DNA from: an uncultured Flavipsychrobacter sp.
Lineage (GTDB): Bacteria; Bacteroidota; Bacteroidia; Chitinophagales; Chitinophagaceae
Length of the DNA: 64,000 bases
Assembly: GCA_964588295.1 (NCBI GenBank)
Contig: CAZPOT010000003.1
Location: 135,785 to 199,784 of the forward strand
Direction of reading: 5' to 3'
This document shows, in pieces, positions 1 through 10,288 of the stretch. The first letter of the stretch is position 1, and every line of letters begins with the position of its first letter. The notes under the pieces were generated by a model, which was given only the letters and a program-made list of their open reading frames with translations, ran no database searches and was not told where the DNA came from. The position numbers were made by a program, and so were the translations under genes.

Positions 1-391
1 CATCAGTATCTTATACACATCTTCGCCAGTATCCGTCTTCATATCCATTGGTGCTACGAAAAAGTAGTATGGTTTCAGCCTGTCCTGGCCACGTGGACTA
101 AGATGATAGATTACATAGGCTGTGCTCTTGTTATAGGTATCTTTTACTGAAAGCATCTGGTACTTCAGCCTGTCGTGCTGAAAAGGGGTAAGGAAGTCAG
201 TAAAATATATCTCCTGCTCACCTACCTCTTCATTGGTGCAATCCAGCTCCAGTTCAAAGAACTTATTTACAAACAGCAGCCGCAGATCGCTGCCACGCAC
301 AATAGCAACAAAGCCGGGGCCCGCGGCCGCGACTTGTTGATAAAAAGCTGTATCCTGTGTAACTGAAACCTGCTCCATTAATGGCCAATTA

Positions 392-1825
392 CTATTCAAC
401 ATTGAATTCCTTAAACTGTTTCATTTTATTGTACAGCGTCTTCCTGTCTACGTTCAGCAACACAGCCGCTTTACTCTTATTAAAGTTCACCTGTTTCAGT
501 GCGTTCAGTATCACCTCGTACTCTGCGTCCAGGTTGGCGCTCTTTAGCTTATTCTCGAACGACACTGGCGTATTGCCTGCCGCTGCGGTCTCTTTTTTAG
601 GTGCCGGGGTCTCAAATTGCAGTTTACTGAAGTTACTGATCTCGAAAGGTAAAGACCTGGCCTCTACATACTCGCTGTCGGTAAGCAGGGTTGCCCTTTT
701 AACTACGTTCTTCAGCTCACGCAGGTTGCCGTACCATACGTAATTGTTAAAGATGCTCACCACCTCATCGCTAAAGCCTTTTACATTCTTGCCTAGTTCC
801 GTATTGGTAACGTTAAGGAAGTGGTGTGCAAACAACATAATATCATCGGGCCTGTCTCTTAATGCCGGCACATCTATGCTGAACTCATTGAAGCGGTGAT
901 ACAAGTCTTCTCTGAACTTGCCGGCGCGTGCAGCATCCCACAGGCGTTCATTGCTCGCCACAATTATACGCACATCAAGATCTATATCTTTATTGCCACC
1001 CACGCGTCTTATTTTGCGCTCCTGCACCACGCGCAGCAACGATACCTGTATGTCGTAAGAAAGGTTACCAATTTCGTCAAGGAATATCGTCCCTTCATTT
1101 GCCAGCTCCAGGCTGCCTATCTTCTGGTTGAGCGCTCCGGTAAATGCACCCTTTTCATGGCCAAACAATTCGCTGCCGGCAAGCTCTTTAGAAAGGGCAC
1201 CACAGTCAATGGCAATAAATGGTTTATTGGCCCGCTTACTCTTCTGGTGTATCTGCTGTGCAATGGCTTCTTTACCACTACCACTCTCACCATAAATGAT
1301 GACGCTGAAATTTGTAGGTGCAACAAGGTCTATTTGCTTCAGGATAACAGTAAACTCGGGGCTCTGGCCAAGTATGTACTGACCCTGCATCTGCGGCTTA
1401 GCCTTACCGGTAGCCGGTGCAGCTGTGCCTGTTGTTGTACGGGCAGGTGCAACTACAGCCTTGCCCTCGTCCGACAGCGCCTTCTTGATCGTCAGCAATA
1501 TTTCATCTGGGAAAAGCGGCTTGGTCACGTAATCGTATGCCCCCAACTTCATTACCTCTACAGCATCTTTTACATCGCTGTAACCGGTAATGATGATCAC
1601 AGATGCCTCAGCGTGCATTTCCTTTATTTTGCCCAGCAACTCTGTGCCGGTCATATCGTCCAGCCTGAAGTCGCACAGCACCAGCGCAGGTGTGTTCTTC
1701 TTCATCCAGTTTATTGCTTCATTGCCACTATTGGCGCTGGCTACATTATAGCCGTTACGCGACAGGAACCTGTTCAGCAACAAGCACATGTCGTTGTCGT
1801 CATCTACAACTAATATATTGGTCAT
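392..1825 (-). CDS. sigma-54-dependent response regulator (NtrC/Fis family)
   Basis: N-terminal receiver domain (ILVVDDD...), central AAA+ sigma-54 activator domain with Walker A GESGSGKE and GAFTGA motif, C-terminal Fis-type HTH; directly downstream of rpoN. Confidence 0.9.
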   Translation of the reverse strand: MTNILVVDDDNDMCLLLNRFLSRNGYNVASANSGNEAINWMKKNTPALVLCDFRLDDMTGTELLGKIKEMHAEASVIIITGYSDVKDAVEVMKLGAYDYVTKPLFPDEILLTIKKALSDEGKAVVAPARTTTGTAAPATGKAKPQMQGQYILGQSPEFTVILKQIDLVAPTNFSVIIYGESGSGKEAIAQQIHQKSKRANKPFIAIDCGALSKELAGSELFGHEKGAFTGALNQKIGSLELANEGTIFLDEIGNLSYDIQVSLLRVVQERKIRRVGGNKDIDLDVRIIVASNERLWDAARAGKFREDLYHRFNEFSIDVPALRDRPDDIMLFAHHFLNVTNTELGKNVKGFSDEVVSIFNNYVWYGNLRELKNVVKRATLLTDSEYVEARSLPFEISNFSKLQFETPAPKKETAAAGNTPVSFENKLKSANLDAEYEVILNALKQVNFNKSKAAVLLNVDRKTLYNKMKQFKEFNVE

Positions 1826-1879
1826 ATTATGGTGGGTTACGTTAACCTAAATTTACTAAAAATCTGCTGTTATACCGGC

Positions 1880-3292
1880 TTATGCCCATACCGCTCTTAT
1901 CTGGGCAATGGGTATCTGCAACTGCTCCCTGTATTTGGCAATGGTACGCCTTGCAATATTATAGCCATTAGACGACAATATGTGCACTAATTGCTGATCG
2001 GTGTAAGGATGTTTCTTATCTTCCTTGGCTATTGCCTCTTCTATTACCGAACGGATCACCTTATTACTGATCACTTCACCCTTTTTATCGGCAATACCTT
2101 CGCTAAAGAGGGTCTTCAGGTAAATGATGCCAAAGTGAGTTTCCGCATATTTATTGCTGGTAATGCGCGATATGGTAGATATATCCATGCCCAGCATATC
2201 TGCCAGGTTACGCAGTACCATTGGCTTCAGCAGGCGTATGTCACCTTCAGCAAAATAATCGGCCTGCAGTTCTACTATGCATTTCATAATGCGCAACATG
2301 GTGTCTTCGCGCTGCTTTACAGCATTCACAAACCACTGTGCTGAGTTGAGCTTGCTCTTTACGTATTGGCTTGCACTCTTGTCTTTATTGCTTATCTGGC
2401 TCGCCAGTTCGTCGTGCAGCGACTGGTTTACAAACACACTGCCGGCGCGGCTGGAGTAAAGGCTCACCTGTATCTCGCTGCCGTAGTTAGTAATAATATA
2501 ATCAGGGATGATCGTATTCTTAGGGTCAAATGCAGTTGTTTCATGTACCGGGTGAAACTTCAGGCCGCTGATCAGGTTGAGTACAGCTTTCAGTTCTTCG
2601 TCGTCTATCTTCAGCACATGGTGCAGCTTTTCAAACTGGCGGTGCATCAGGTCTTTATAATGGTCGCGCAGTAGCTGGATAGCGCACTTTACATCAGGCC
2701 TTCTTTTATCCATCGCATTCAGTTGCAACAGCAGGCATTCCTGTATACTGCAGGCACCGATACCTATCGGGTCCAGGGATTGCACGATCATCAGGCCGCG
2801 CTTCACTGTGTCTACTTCCACTACCTTCTGAAAGCTGAAAGACATATCTTCGGCCACCTCTTCCAGCGGCCTGTCCATAAAGCCTTCTCCGTTCAGTATG
2901 TCTATTATATAGTCAGCACTCAGTCTGTCTTCGTCATTTAGGTCCAGCAGTTGCAGTTGCTGGTGCAGGTCTTCTTTGAAAGTATTAACGTTCACTATCG
3001 GGGTGTCTGGTGCCACATCAGAATCAAAATAGTTCTGGTAGTCCGACTTGTAGTTAGGTACGTCGTCATACATCACTTCATCCCAGTCCTGGTAATCCTG
3101 CATCTCATCCTTGGTTGATTTTATCTCTTCCTCGTCTTTTTTCTCGGTTGCTTCCAGGAAGGGGTTCTCCTCCAGTTCGTTCTTGATACGTTGCTCTAAT
3201 TCCAGCGAGTTTAGAAAATACAGGTTCAGGAGCTGTATCTGCTGCGGCAATATCTTCAGGCTCTGTCTCTGGCTCTGGTTCTGTGTTATCAT
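1880..3292 (-). CDS. rpoN: RNA polymerase sigma-54 factor
   Basis: 470 aa; Gln/Leu-rich region I, acidic region II, C-terminal RpoN box (ARRTIAKYREQL). Confidence 0.9.
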   Translation of the reverse strand: MITQNQSQRQSLKILPQQIQLLNLYFLNSLELEQRIKNELEENPFLEATEKKDEEEIKSTKDEMQDYQDWDEVMYDDVPNYKSDYQNYFDSDVAPDTPIVNVNTFKEDLHQQLQLLDLNDEDRLSADYIIDILNGEGFMDRPLEEVAEDMSFSFQKVVEVDTVKRGLMIVQSLDPIGIGACSIQECLLLQLNAMDKRRPDVKCAIQLLRDHYKDLMHRQFEKLHHVLKIDDEELKAVLNLISGLKFHPVHETTAFDPKNTIIPDYIITNYGSEIQVSLYSSRAGSVFVNQSLHDELASQISNKDKSASQYVKSKLNSAQWFVNAVKQREDTMLRIMKCIVELQADYFAEGDIRLLKPMVLRNLADMLGMDISTISRITSNKYAETHFGIIYLKTLFSEGIADKKGEVISNKVIRSVIEEAIAKEDKKHPYTDQQLVHILSSNGYNIARRTIAKYREQLQIPIAQIRAVWA

Positions 3293-3503
3293 AATCTATT
3301 GGCATTTAAACACCTATCTTAAAGCAACCTTAAAGCCAAATTTTGCTGATGCAGCATTTTATTTCAATAAATTTCTAAATAACTGATAATCAACACACAA
3401 TGAAATAGATAAATTTCAGCGTTTATTAACTTCTTAATGCACAGCGTTGGCTTGAATTTTTTCGTGAGGAATTTGTTCCACAATACTGTAGATTTGGCTA
3501 TCA

Positions 3504-4895
3504 ATGAAAAAGCGGTTGGTCATCATTGCGAGTGCCTTCACTATCTCCTTCTTCGTTATGGGAGCGCTTTCCCTGTTTTCCATCGAACGGCTCAATAAGT
3601 ATATCTATTTCTCTCGCATGTCGGATAAGTCCGCTGCTGTTATTGAAGAAATATTTACAGCCGAAAAAGCACTACGTGATATTGATCGCTCAGAACGCGG
3701 CTACATGATCACCCGCGACACTATGTATCTGCGTTTCCTTAACGGTTCTTGCGACAGTTTGCGGGCCAGCATAAGTGAGCTTAAACAACAAACCGGCGAT
3801 AACCCGGAACTTTTACGCACTGTATCCTTATTAAGCGCAGAAGCTACTAATCGTATTACCGCATCAAAGGAGAATATAGCATTTGTAGATAGCTCTACAT
3901 CGTCGTCATTGTCCAAATATTATTACGACAGCCGGCAATTGATGCTAGATTGTTCTAAACTACTTAAAAAGATACATACATCAGAAAGCGCTATAAGGGC
4001 AGAACACATAAAAGGAGAAGCCGTTTACGAACTGCTCACTACGCGCACCATAAAATGGTTACTACTTGTATTTTGTATCATCACCCTGTTCCTGCTGGTA
4101 CTGCTGATAAAGGAACTGAGCGGCCGTATGAAATTTCAGGAGGAGTTGCAGGCAAGGGTTATAGATCTGCGTCGCTCTCATGAGGAGCTGCAGCAGATAG
4201 CCTATGTTGCCGCCCACGATCTGCAGGAACCCCTGAGGAAGATACAGGTGTTCAGCAATATGCTCTTATACCAGAAAAATGATGGCATGAGTAGTACCAT
4301 GCTGCAAAACCTGGAGCGCATCAACAATTCCGCCAATCGTATGCAATCGCTCATTACAGATCTCTCCGGCCTCACCAGTCTTACCAGGGTAGACGAGGAG
4401 CGCAAAGAGATAGACCTGAACAGGATGTTGCAGTATATAGTACTTGACATTGATGAAAAGGTGAGCAAACGGTCGGCTATTATTACTGTAAAATACCTGC
4501 CCTTTATTACCGGTTTCGAGAATCAGCTAAAGCTGCTGTTTAATAGCCTGCTGGATAACTCGCTTAAATTCTGCCGTCCGGATGTGCCGCCGCAAATATC
4601 TATCATCAGCGATGTGACGAACGGAGAAGAACTGAAAGATATTAACCCGAACCTTAAAAACAAGAAATTTAACCGTGTGGTTATTACCGATAACGGTATT
4701 GGCTTTGAACAACAGTTCATAGACAAGATGTTCCAGATATTCCAGCGGTTGCACCAACAGGAAGAGAACTACGAAGGTAAAGGTATAGGCCTGGCATTGT
4801 GCCAACGCGTAATGGCCAACCACGAAGGCTATATTGTTGCCGATGGGCACTCACAACAGGGAGCAGTATTCAAGTTGTATTTCCCTATTGCATGA
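3504..4895 (+). CDS. sensor histidine kinase (CHASE3-like periplasmic domain)
   Basis: two TM segments flanking a periplasmic region, coiled coil, H-box AAHDLQEPLRKI, HATPase N/G boxes (DNGIGF, GKGIGLALC). Confidence 0.8.
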   Translation: MKKRLVIIASAFTISFFVMGALSLFSIERLNKYIYFSRMSDKSAAVIEEIFTAEKALRDIDRSERGYMITRDTMYLRFLNGSCDSLRASISELKQQTGDNPELLRTVSLLSAEATNRITASKENIAFVDSSTSSSLSKYYYDSRQLMLDCSKLLKKIHTSESAIRAEHIKGEAVYELLTTRTIKWLLLVFCIITLFLLVLLIKELSGRMKFQEELQARVIDLRRSHEELQQIAYVAAHDLQEPLRKIQVFSNMLLYQKNDGMSSTMLQNLERINNSANRMQSLITDLSGLTSLTRVDEERKEIDLNRMLQYIVLDIDEKVSKRSAIITVKYLPFITGFENQLKLLFNSLLDNSLKFCRPDVPPQISIISDVTNGEELKDINPNLKNKKFNRVVITDNGIGFEQQFIDKMFQIFQRLHQQEENYEGKGIGLALCQRVMANHEGYIVADGHSQQGAVFKLYFPIA

Positions 4896-4902
4896 ATCGT
4901 TA

Positions 4903-5124
4903 CTAGCCTGCAATAAACCACCGGTTATCCGCATCTACAGAGTAAGCAAAGCCGTTACTCATTACATACACCTGTTTGCCGGTCTTCTCATCTTTATAGC
5001 TGCTCTTCTCGTAGACTCTTATCCCGTTATTCTCTCTTGTCAGGTAGTTGATCAACGCTGTCATGGTAGGCGGTATATCGTGCAGCCATTGATCATCTCC
5101 TTCCTTTACAAATGCGTGGCTCAT
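4903..5124 (-). CDS. hypothetical small protein (73 aa)
   Basis: clean ORF convergent with the histidine kinase; no recognisable domain. Confidence 0.35.
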   Translation of the reverse strand: MSHAFVKEGDDQWLHDIPPTMTALINYLTRENNGIRVYEKSSYKDEKTGKQVYVMSNGFAYSVDADNRWFIAG

Positions 5125-5191
5125 AAATCAATATTTAGTAGTTCAGTAACAACTTACAAAAATCAATCCCGACAGCTACGTAAAAGCAAAA

Positions 5192-5213
5192 CTCCCGGCA
5201 TAAAACCGGGAGT
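5192..5213 (-). terminator. rho-independent terminator downstream of atpA
   Basis: GC hairpin CTCCCGG-cataaaa-CCGGGAG followed by a T-run on the minus-strand transcript. Confidence 0.5.
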
Positions 5214-5237
5214 TGCTTATTTATCACTCAAACTTTC

Positions 5238-6818
5238 TTATTTCTTGAACTGAGGGATCAGGTCCTGGGCCAGTTTCACCATCTTGGCGATACCGTCTTC
5301 AGGTAATGCACCTTTCTTGAATTCCTTCAATACGTCAGCATGCTTCATTTCCATCTGCTGCAGGAACATCTCTTCAAATGCTTTGATGTTCTTAACAGGT
5401 ACTTCCCTCATCAGGTTGTTAGTACCCAGGTAGATGATAGCCACCTGCTTTTCTACGCTGTATGGGTTGAACTGGAGCTGCTTCAGCACTTCCACGTTAC
5501 GTGCACCCTTGTCTATGATATTTTTTGTAGCCGCATCCAGGTCGCCACCGAACTTAGAAAAGGCTTCCATTTCACGGAATACAGCCTGGTCAAGTTTCAG
5601 CGTACCTGCTACTTTCTTCATCGATTTGATCTGTGCGTTACCACCTACGCGGCTTACAGAGATACCTACGTTGATAGCCGGACGGATACCGGAGTTGAAC
5701 AGGTTCGACTCAAGGAATATCTGGCCATCGGTAATGGAGATAACGTTTGTTGGGATGTACGCAGATACGTCACCAGCCTGTGTTTCGATGATAGGCAGCG
5801 CGGTAAGCGAACCACCACCCTTTACCAGGTGCTTGATGCTCTCCGGCAAGTCGTTCATCTGCCTGGCTATGCCATCGTTATTGATAACCTTGGCAGCACG
5901 CTCCAGCAAACGGCTATGCAGGTAGAATACGTCACCAGGATAAGCTTCGCGGCCCGGAGGACGACGCAGCAGCAGAGACACCTCGCGGTAAGCTACGGCC
6001 TGCTTGGAAAGGTCATCATAGATAACCAGTGCAGGACGACCTGTATCGCGGAAGAACTCACCTATTGCAGCACCTGCGAATGGAGCGTAGAACTGAAGCG
6101 GAGCTGGCTCAGAAGCTGAAGCAGCTACAATAGTTGTGTACGCCATTGCACCGGCAGCTTCCAGTGTGCTCATCACACCGGCAACGGTAGATGCCTTCTG
6201 GCCTATAGCAACATATATACAATATACAGGCTTACCTGCATCATAAAACTCTTTCTGGTTGATGATCGCATCTATACAGATGGCTGTTTTACCGGTACCA
6301 CGGTCACCGATAACCAGCTCACGCTGTCCGCGGCCGATAGGGATCATCGCATCGATAGCTTTGATACCTGTCTGCAGTGGTTCCTTAACCGGCTCACGGT
6401 AGATAACGCCCGGCGCTTTACGCTCCAGCGGCATTTCATACAATTCACCAGCTATAGGGCCTTTACCATCTATAGCTTCACCCAGTGTGTTAACAACGCG
6501 GCCTACCATACCCTCGCCTACCTTGATAGACGCGATCTTGTTAGTACGACGTACTTTATCGCCTTCGCGGATGCTCATGTAGTCACCCATCAGTACGACA
6601 CCTACGTTGTCTTCTTCCAGGTTAAGGGCTATCGCCTTAACACCGTTCTCGAACTCAACAAGCTCGCCCTGGCGAACGCTTGTCAGGCCGTAAACACGTG
6701 CAATACCGTCACCGATCTGCAGAACGGTACCTACTTCTTCCAGGCTTGCAGCGCCATCGACGTTGCTTAACTGCTGACGCAGTATCGCCGATATCTCATC
6801 CGGTTTAATGTCAACCAT
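5238..6818 (-). CDS. atpA: F0F1 ATP synthase subunit alpha
   Basis: 526 aa; P-loop GDRGTGKT; unmistakable AtpA similarity throughout. Confidence 0.97.
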   Translation of the reverse strand: MVDIKPDEISAILRQQLSNVDGAASLEEVGTVLQIGDGIARVYGLTSVRQGELVEFENGVKAIALNLEEDNVGVVLMGDYMSIREGDKVRRTNKIASIKVGEGMVGRVVNTLGEAIDGKGPIAGELYEMPLERKAPGVIYREPVKEPLQTGIKAIDAMIPIGRGQRELVIGDRGTGKTAICIDAIINQKEFYDAGKPVYCIYVAIGQKASTVAGVMSTLEAAGAMAYTTIVAASASEPAPLQFYAPFAGAAIGEFFRDTGRPALVIYDDLSKQAVAYREVSLLLRRPPGREAYPGDVFYLHSRLLERAAKVINNDGIARQMNDLPESIKHLVKGGGSLTALPIIETQAGDVSAYIPTNVISITDGQIFLESNLFNSGIRPAINVGISVSRVGGNAQIKSMKKVAGTLKLDQAVFREMEAFSKFGGDLDAATKNIIDKGARNVEVLKQLQFNPYSVEKQVAIIYLGTNNLMREVPVKNIKAFEEMFLQQMEMKHADVLKEFKKGALPEDGIAKMVKLAQDLIPQFKK

Positions 6819-6845
6819 ATATTATAGATTCAAAAAGTTTTAAAA

Positions 6846-7442
6846 TTAGTTCATTCTCGCTACATAGCTGTTGTCAACTATGCTGCTCTTAATATCATTC
6901 AATTTCTTTCTTACGCTGACATCAAACAACTTGCCTTCTGTTTCCAGAACAAAGCCGCCTATCAGCGCAGGGTCTACCTTAGCGGTAAGGCTTACGGTAC
7001 TACCGGGCATAAAAGCCGATACCTTAGCTACCAGGCTGTTCTTCATTTCCTCGCTCACCGGCGCTGCCGTAGTCAGGTTCACCGTACGGATGTTCTTCAT
7101 CTCGTTGTACTGAGCAATAAAGGCAGCTGCTATCTCGGGCATATTAGCCTCACGGCCCTTGCTCACCATCAGGTTGATGAACGCCTTTGTAAGCGGGCTT
7201 AGGCTGTTACTGAATACAGCACTGATTATAGCAGCCTTTTTATCACCCTTGATAACAGGGCTACGCAGCATCATCTCGAAATCGCGGTTAGAGCGGCACA
7301 CAGCATCCATCATACGGATATCCTTGAGGGTATCCTCTACGCTGTTCTTTTCTACTGCAAGGTCCAGCAGCGATTTCGCATATCTTGACGCAAGACGGGG
7401 ATTTTGCATATTTTCTAATTTGGCAATTCGGCAATTTGACAA
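6846..7442 (-). CDS. atpH: F0F1 ATP synthase subunit delta (OSCP)
   Basis: 198 aa, position between atpF and atpA, OSCP-like sequence. Confidence 0.85.
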   Translation of the reverse strand: MSNCRIAKLENMQNPRLASRYAKSLLDLAVEKNSVEDTLKDIRMMDAVCRSNRDFEMMLRSPVIKGDKKAAIISAVFSNSLSPLTKAFINLMVSKGREANMPEIAAAFIAQYNEMKNIRTVNLTTAAPVSEEMKNSLVAKVSAFMPGSTVSLTAKVDPALIGGFVLETEGKLFDVSVRKKLNDIKSSIVDNSYVARMN

Positions 7443-7544
7443 TCCGGCAATGCCCTTATCAAATGCTATTTGTTTTCGTTATTTATTCAACTGAACCGAT
7501 CCTTTCATCCAATTGGCTAATTGCCGAATTGGCTAGTTGTCAAA

Positions 7545-8039
7545 TTAATTCAATTTAATAGAGTCGGCAGCCATGCTCATGTAAGCTTCCTGGCCTTCTG
7601 TTGTAGCCAGTTGCTTACGCAGTATCTTTTCAGCTACTTCCAATGCTATAGAACCTATTTCGTTCTTCACTTCAGCCATAGCAGCATTCTTCTGCTGGTT
7701 GATCTGAGCCTGGGCATCCATTATGATCTTGTTAGCTTCAGCCTTTGCCTGCTCTTTAGCTTCGTTGATCATACGATCTTTGATCTCCTTAGCTTCCTTC
7801 AACATCATGCTGCGCTCTTCGTTTGCCTGGGCCATCAGCTTCTCGTTCTCAGACTTCATCTGGCTCATTTCGCCCTTCATCTTCTCAGCAGAAGATATCG
7901 CATCAGCAATACCCTTCTCACGCTCACCGAGTGTTTTCAATATTGGCTTCCATGCAAACTTTGCAAGAATGAACAATACCAGGAGGAACGCTAAAGTGTT
8001 CCAGAAAAATAAACCAAAACCAGGTATCAGCAAATCCAT
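7545..8039 (-). CDS. atpF: F0F1 ATP synthase subunit b
   Basis: N-terminal TM helix then long charged coiled coil (EAKEQAKAEANKII...), operon position. Confidence 0.85.
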   Translation of the reverse strand: MDLLIPGFGLFFWNTLAFLLVLFILAKFAWKPILKTLGEREKGIADAISSAEKMKGEMSQMKSENEKLMAQANEERSMMLKEAKEIKDRMINEAKEQAKAEANKIIMDAQAQINQQKNAAMAEVKNEIGSIALEVAEKILRKQLATTEGQEAYMSMAADSIKLN

Positions 8040-8181
8040 TTTATATAGTAGTTAAATTGTTAACAAGTTAATGAGTGAAGGGGCTTATACTATAGTATTT
8101 ACTTTAATTTTTCGAGTTTTAATTTAAATTAACTGCATCCGCTGCCCTGTGCGTTGGATGCAGTTAATTTCTTTACACTGA

Positions 8182-8442
<261 letters not shown>

Positions 8443-8459
8443 TTAATTAATAAAAAAAA

Positions 8460-9608
8460 CTACATCATTATTTCGATATTCTCCGGCTCATGAGCGTGGT
8501 CATCATCGTGATGATGCGCTTCCTCAATAGCCGACCCGATAAATACCGAAGTCAGGTTGGTGAATATGAACGCCTGGATAGCTGCTACCAGCAATTCAAG
8601 CATGAACATGAATATTGAGAACGCAATAGAGATAGGTGCAAAACCAGCACCGGCAAACTTATTGAGCCCCGCAAATATAAATATTATAGAAATTACACAA
8701 AGGATAATAATGTGGCCTGCCAGGATGTTGGCAAAAAGACGTATTGTCAATGCTACCGGCTTAATGAACAGGGAAATGATCTCGATAGGTACCAGAACGA
8801 TCTTTACAAAGAACGGTACGCCCGGAGGATTAAGCAGGTGACCCCAGAAGTGCTTGTTAGCGCTACCCACCATTACCAGGAATGATATGAGCGATAAGCA
8901 CAACGTTACTGCGATATTGCCGGTAAGGTTAGCACCACCAGGCAACAGGCCCAGCAGGTTATTGATCCAGATGAAGAAGAACAGAGTGAGCAGCAGTGGC
9001 ATATACTTGCCGTGCTTGCTTTTGCCCAGGTTAGGAATAGCCACTTCGTCGCGGATGAAGAGGATAGCAGTTTCAAACGCATTCTGGAAGCCGGATGGCG
9101 CTTTTGTTGCACCGCCCTGTTTGTACTTCTTAGCTACAGAGAAACCGATCCACAACAGCAGCACAACCGATATAAACAGAGAAAGTACATTCTTGGTTAT
9201 AGACAGATCGTAGAGCTCAGAACCATCATCAGCAACAACTTTCTCTTTCATGCCCTTTTCAATATGCACGCCTTCATGAGAGTTACTGCGTACCACATTG
9301 GTTACGGGATCTTTTGACCATTCTTCGAAATGACCGGCAGACATCATCTTTATACCATCTTTGGTATAGAGGATGACTGGCAGCGGCATAGCAACAGGCT
9401 TTTCACCTATTTCAAAAAAGTGCCATTCGTGAGAATCGCCTACGTGGCCGAAGATGATCTCACCAATATCCAATTTCTTTGCTCCACCATCTGCAGGTGC
9501 AGCTGCGGCGGCAGGCTCTGCAGACGCCTCCTGTGCAAACACAGAATTTGTCAGGCAAAACAGCCCGAAAGCCACTATTAACAAGGAAAACAGACTTTTA
9601 CAACGCAT
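8460..9608 (-). CDS. atpB: F0F1 ATP synthase subunit a
   Basis: polytopic membrane protein with conserved Arg in penultimate helix (LTIRLFANILAGH); start moved to the internal ATG at 9608 (MRCKSLF..., signal-like N-terminus) rather than the longer ORF start at 9695. Confidence 0.85.
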   Translation of the reverse strand: MRCKSLFSLLIVAFGLFCLTNSVFAQEASAEPAAAAAPADGGAKKLDIGEIIFGHVGDSHEWHFFEIGEKPVAMPLPVILYTKDGIKMMSAGHFEEWSKDPVTNVVRSNSHEGVHIEKGMKEKVVADDGSELYDLSITKNVLSLFISVVLLLWIGFSVAKKYKQGGATKAPSGFQNAFETAILFIRDEVAIPNLGKSKHGKYMPLLLTLFFFIWINNLLGLLPGGANLTGNIAVTLCLSLISFLVMVGSANKHFWGHLLNPPGVPFFVKIVLVPIEIISLFIKPVALTIRLFANILAGHIIILCVISIIFIFAGLNKFAGAGFAPISIAFSIFMFMLELLVAAIQAFIFTNLTSVFIGSAIEEAHHHDDDHAHEPENIEIMM

Positions 9609-9628
9609 TACGGCCTTGAAATTTTGTG

Positions 9629-9636
9629 CAAATGTA
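9629..9636 (-). promoter_or_regulatory. candidate Bacteroidota sigma-A -7 box (TAnnTTTG) upstream of atpB
   Basis: minus-strand TACATTTG about 20 nt upstream of the atpB ATG. Confidence 0.3.
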
Positions 9637-9827
9637 TAAGTTAAACTCCAAAAAACAGCATTTGAGCAGGGAAAAATTCTACTATTTTCATTCAATCATT
9701 AATAAAAAAGGGAAACACCATATTTTATCAAATATTAAAAAAATGCAACGACACTGTGAGTTAATGCAATAGCCTAATTTGCGACTTGTTAATCAATCTA
9801 CTCAAACTAAACACCAGAAAACAAGTT

Positions 9828-10196
9828 ATGAAATTCACCAGGCTGATGCCGAATATTTTTTACGCTGATATTAAAATTGGATTGGGGCTTTTTGTTGAGT
9901 GTCTCGAATTCACCATTGTACACGATGACCTGGGATCCGACGAGCAGCCATTTTGCGTAATTCACAAAGATAACCTGGGGTTACTCCTGATCCAAAGTGC
10001 CGAATTCGCTGCAAAAGACAGGCCTGAATTAAGGCTGGTAACAGAAGACATTGAGGAAGTATACAACACAATAGCCGCTAAACACCCTCAATACTTATAC
10101 CCCAGCCAAACACAGGTCACGCTAAAGCCGTGGGGAGCAAAAGAATTTGCACTAAAAGATGACTCTGACGTGTGCGTCATCATTCAACAATGGTAA
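9828..10196 (+). CDS. VOC/glyoxalase-bleomycin resistance family protein
   Basis: about 120 aa; betaalphabetabetabeta-like sequence MKFTRLMPNIFYADIKIG...; start moved to the second ATG. Confidence 0.55.
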   Translation: MKFTRLMPNIFYADIKIGLGLFVECLEFTIVHDDLGSDEQPFCVIHKDNLGLLLIQSAEFAAKDRPELRLVTEDIEEVYNTIAAKHPQYLYPSQTQVTLKPWGAKEFALKDDSDVCVIIQQW

Positions 10197-10240
10197 TTGA
10201 TAAAACACAATTAGCTAAGGAAGCTAGTAAACACAAAAAA

Positions 10241-10280
10241 AGGCCCGAAGCGAATTAACCGTCCGGGCCTTTTCCGTTAT
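10241..10280. terminator. bidirectional rho-independent terminator between convergent genes
   Basis: AGGCCCG...CGGGCCT hairpin flanked by an A-run on one side and a T-run on the other. Confidence 0.55.
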
Positions 10281-10288
10281 TTTTCGCA

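Noticed and set aside
896-1813. 305-aa ORF antisense to the sigma-54 response regulator, with similar antisense ORFs at 5340-6119 (atpA), 10637-11260 (rseP), 11702-12274 (dxr), 15488-16258 (TPR-HK), 30968-31978 (flotillin) and 44225-45577 (gdh)
   Set aside because: Each lies opposite a gene with strong homology-level evidence, and their Cys/His/Leu-rich translations are characteristic of antisense frames.
8460-9695. Longer atpB ORF starting at 9695 (MNENSRIFPC...)
   Set aside because: The first 29 codons are non-conserved, whereas the internal Met begins a signal-like hydrophobic segment typical of Bacteroidota subunit a, and a TAnnTTTG -7 box lies just upstream of it.
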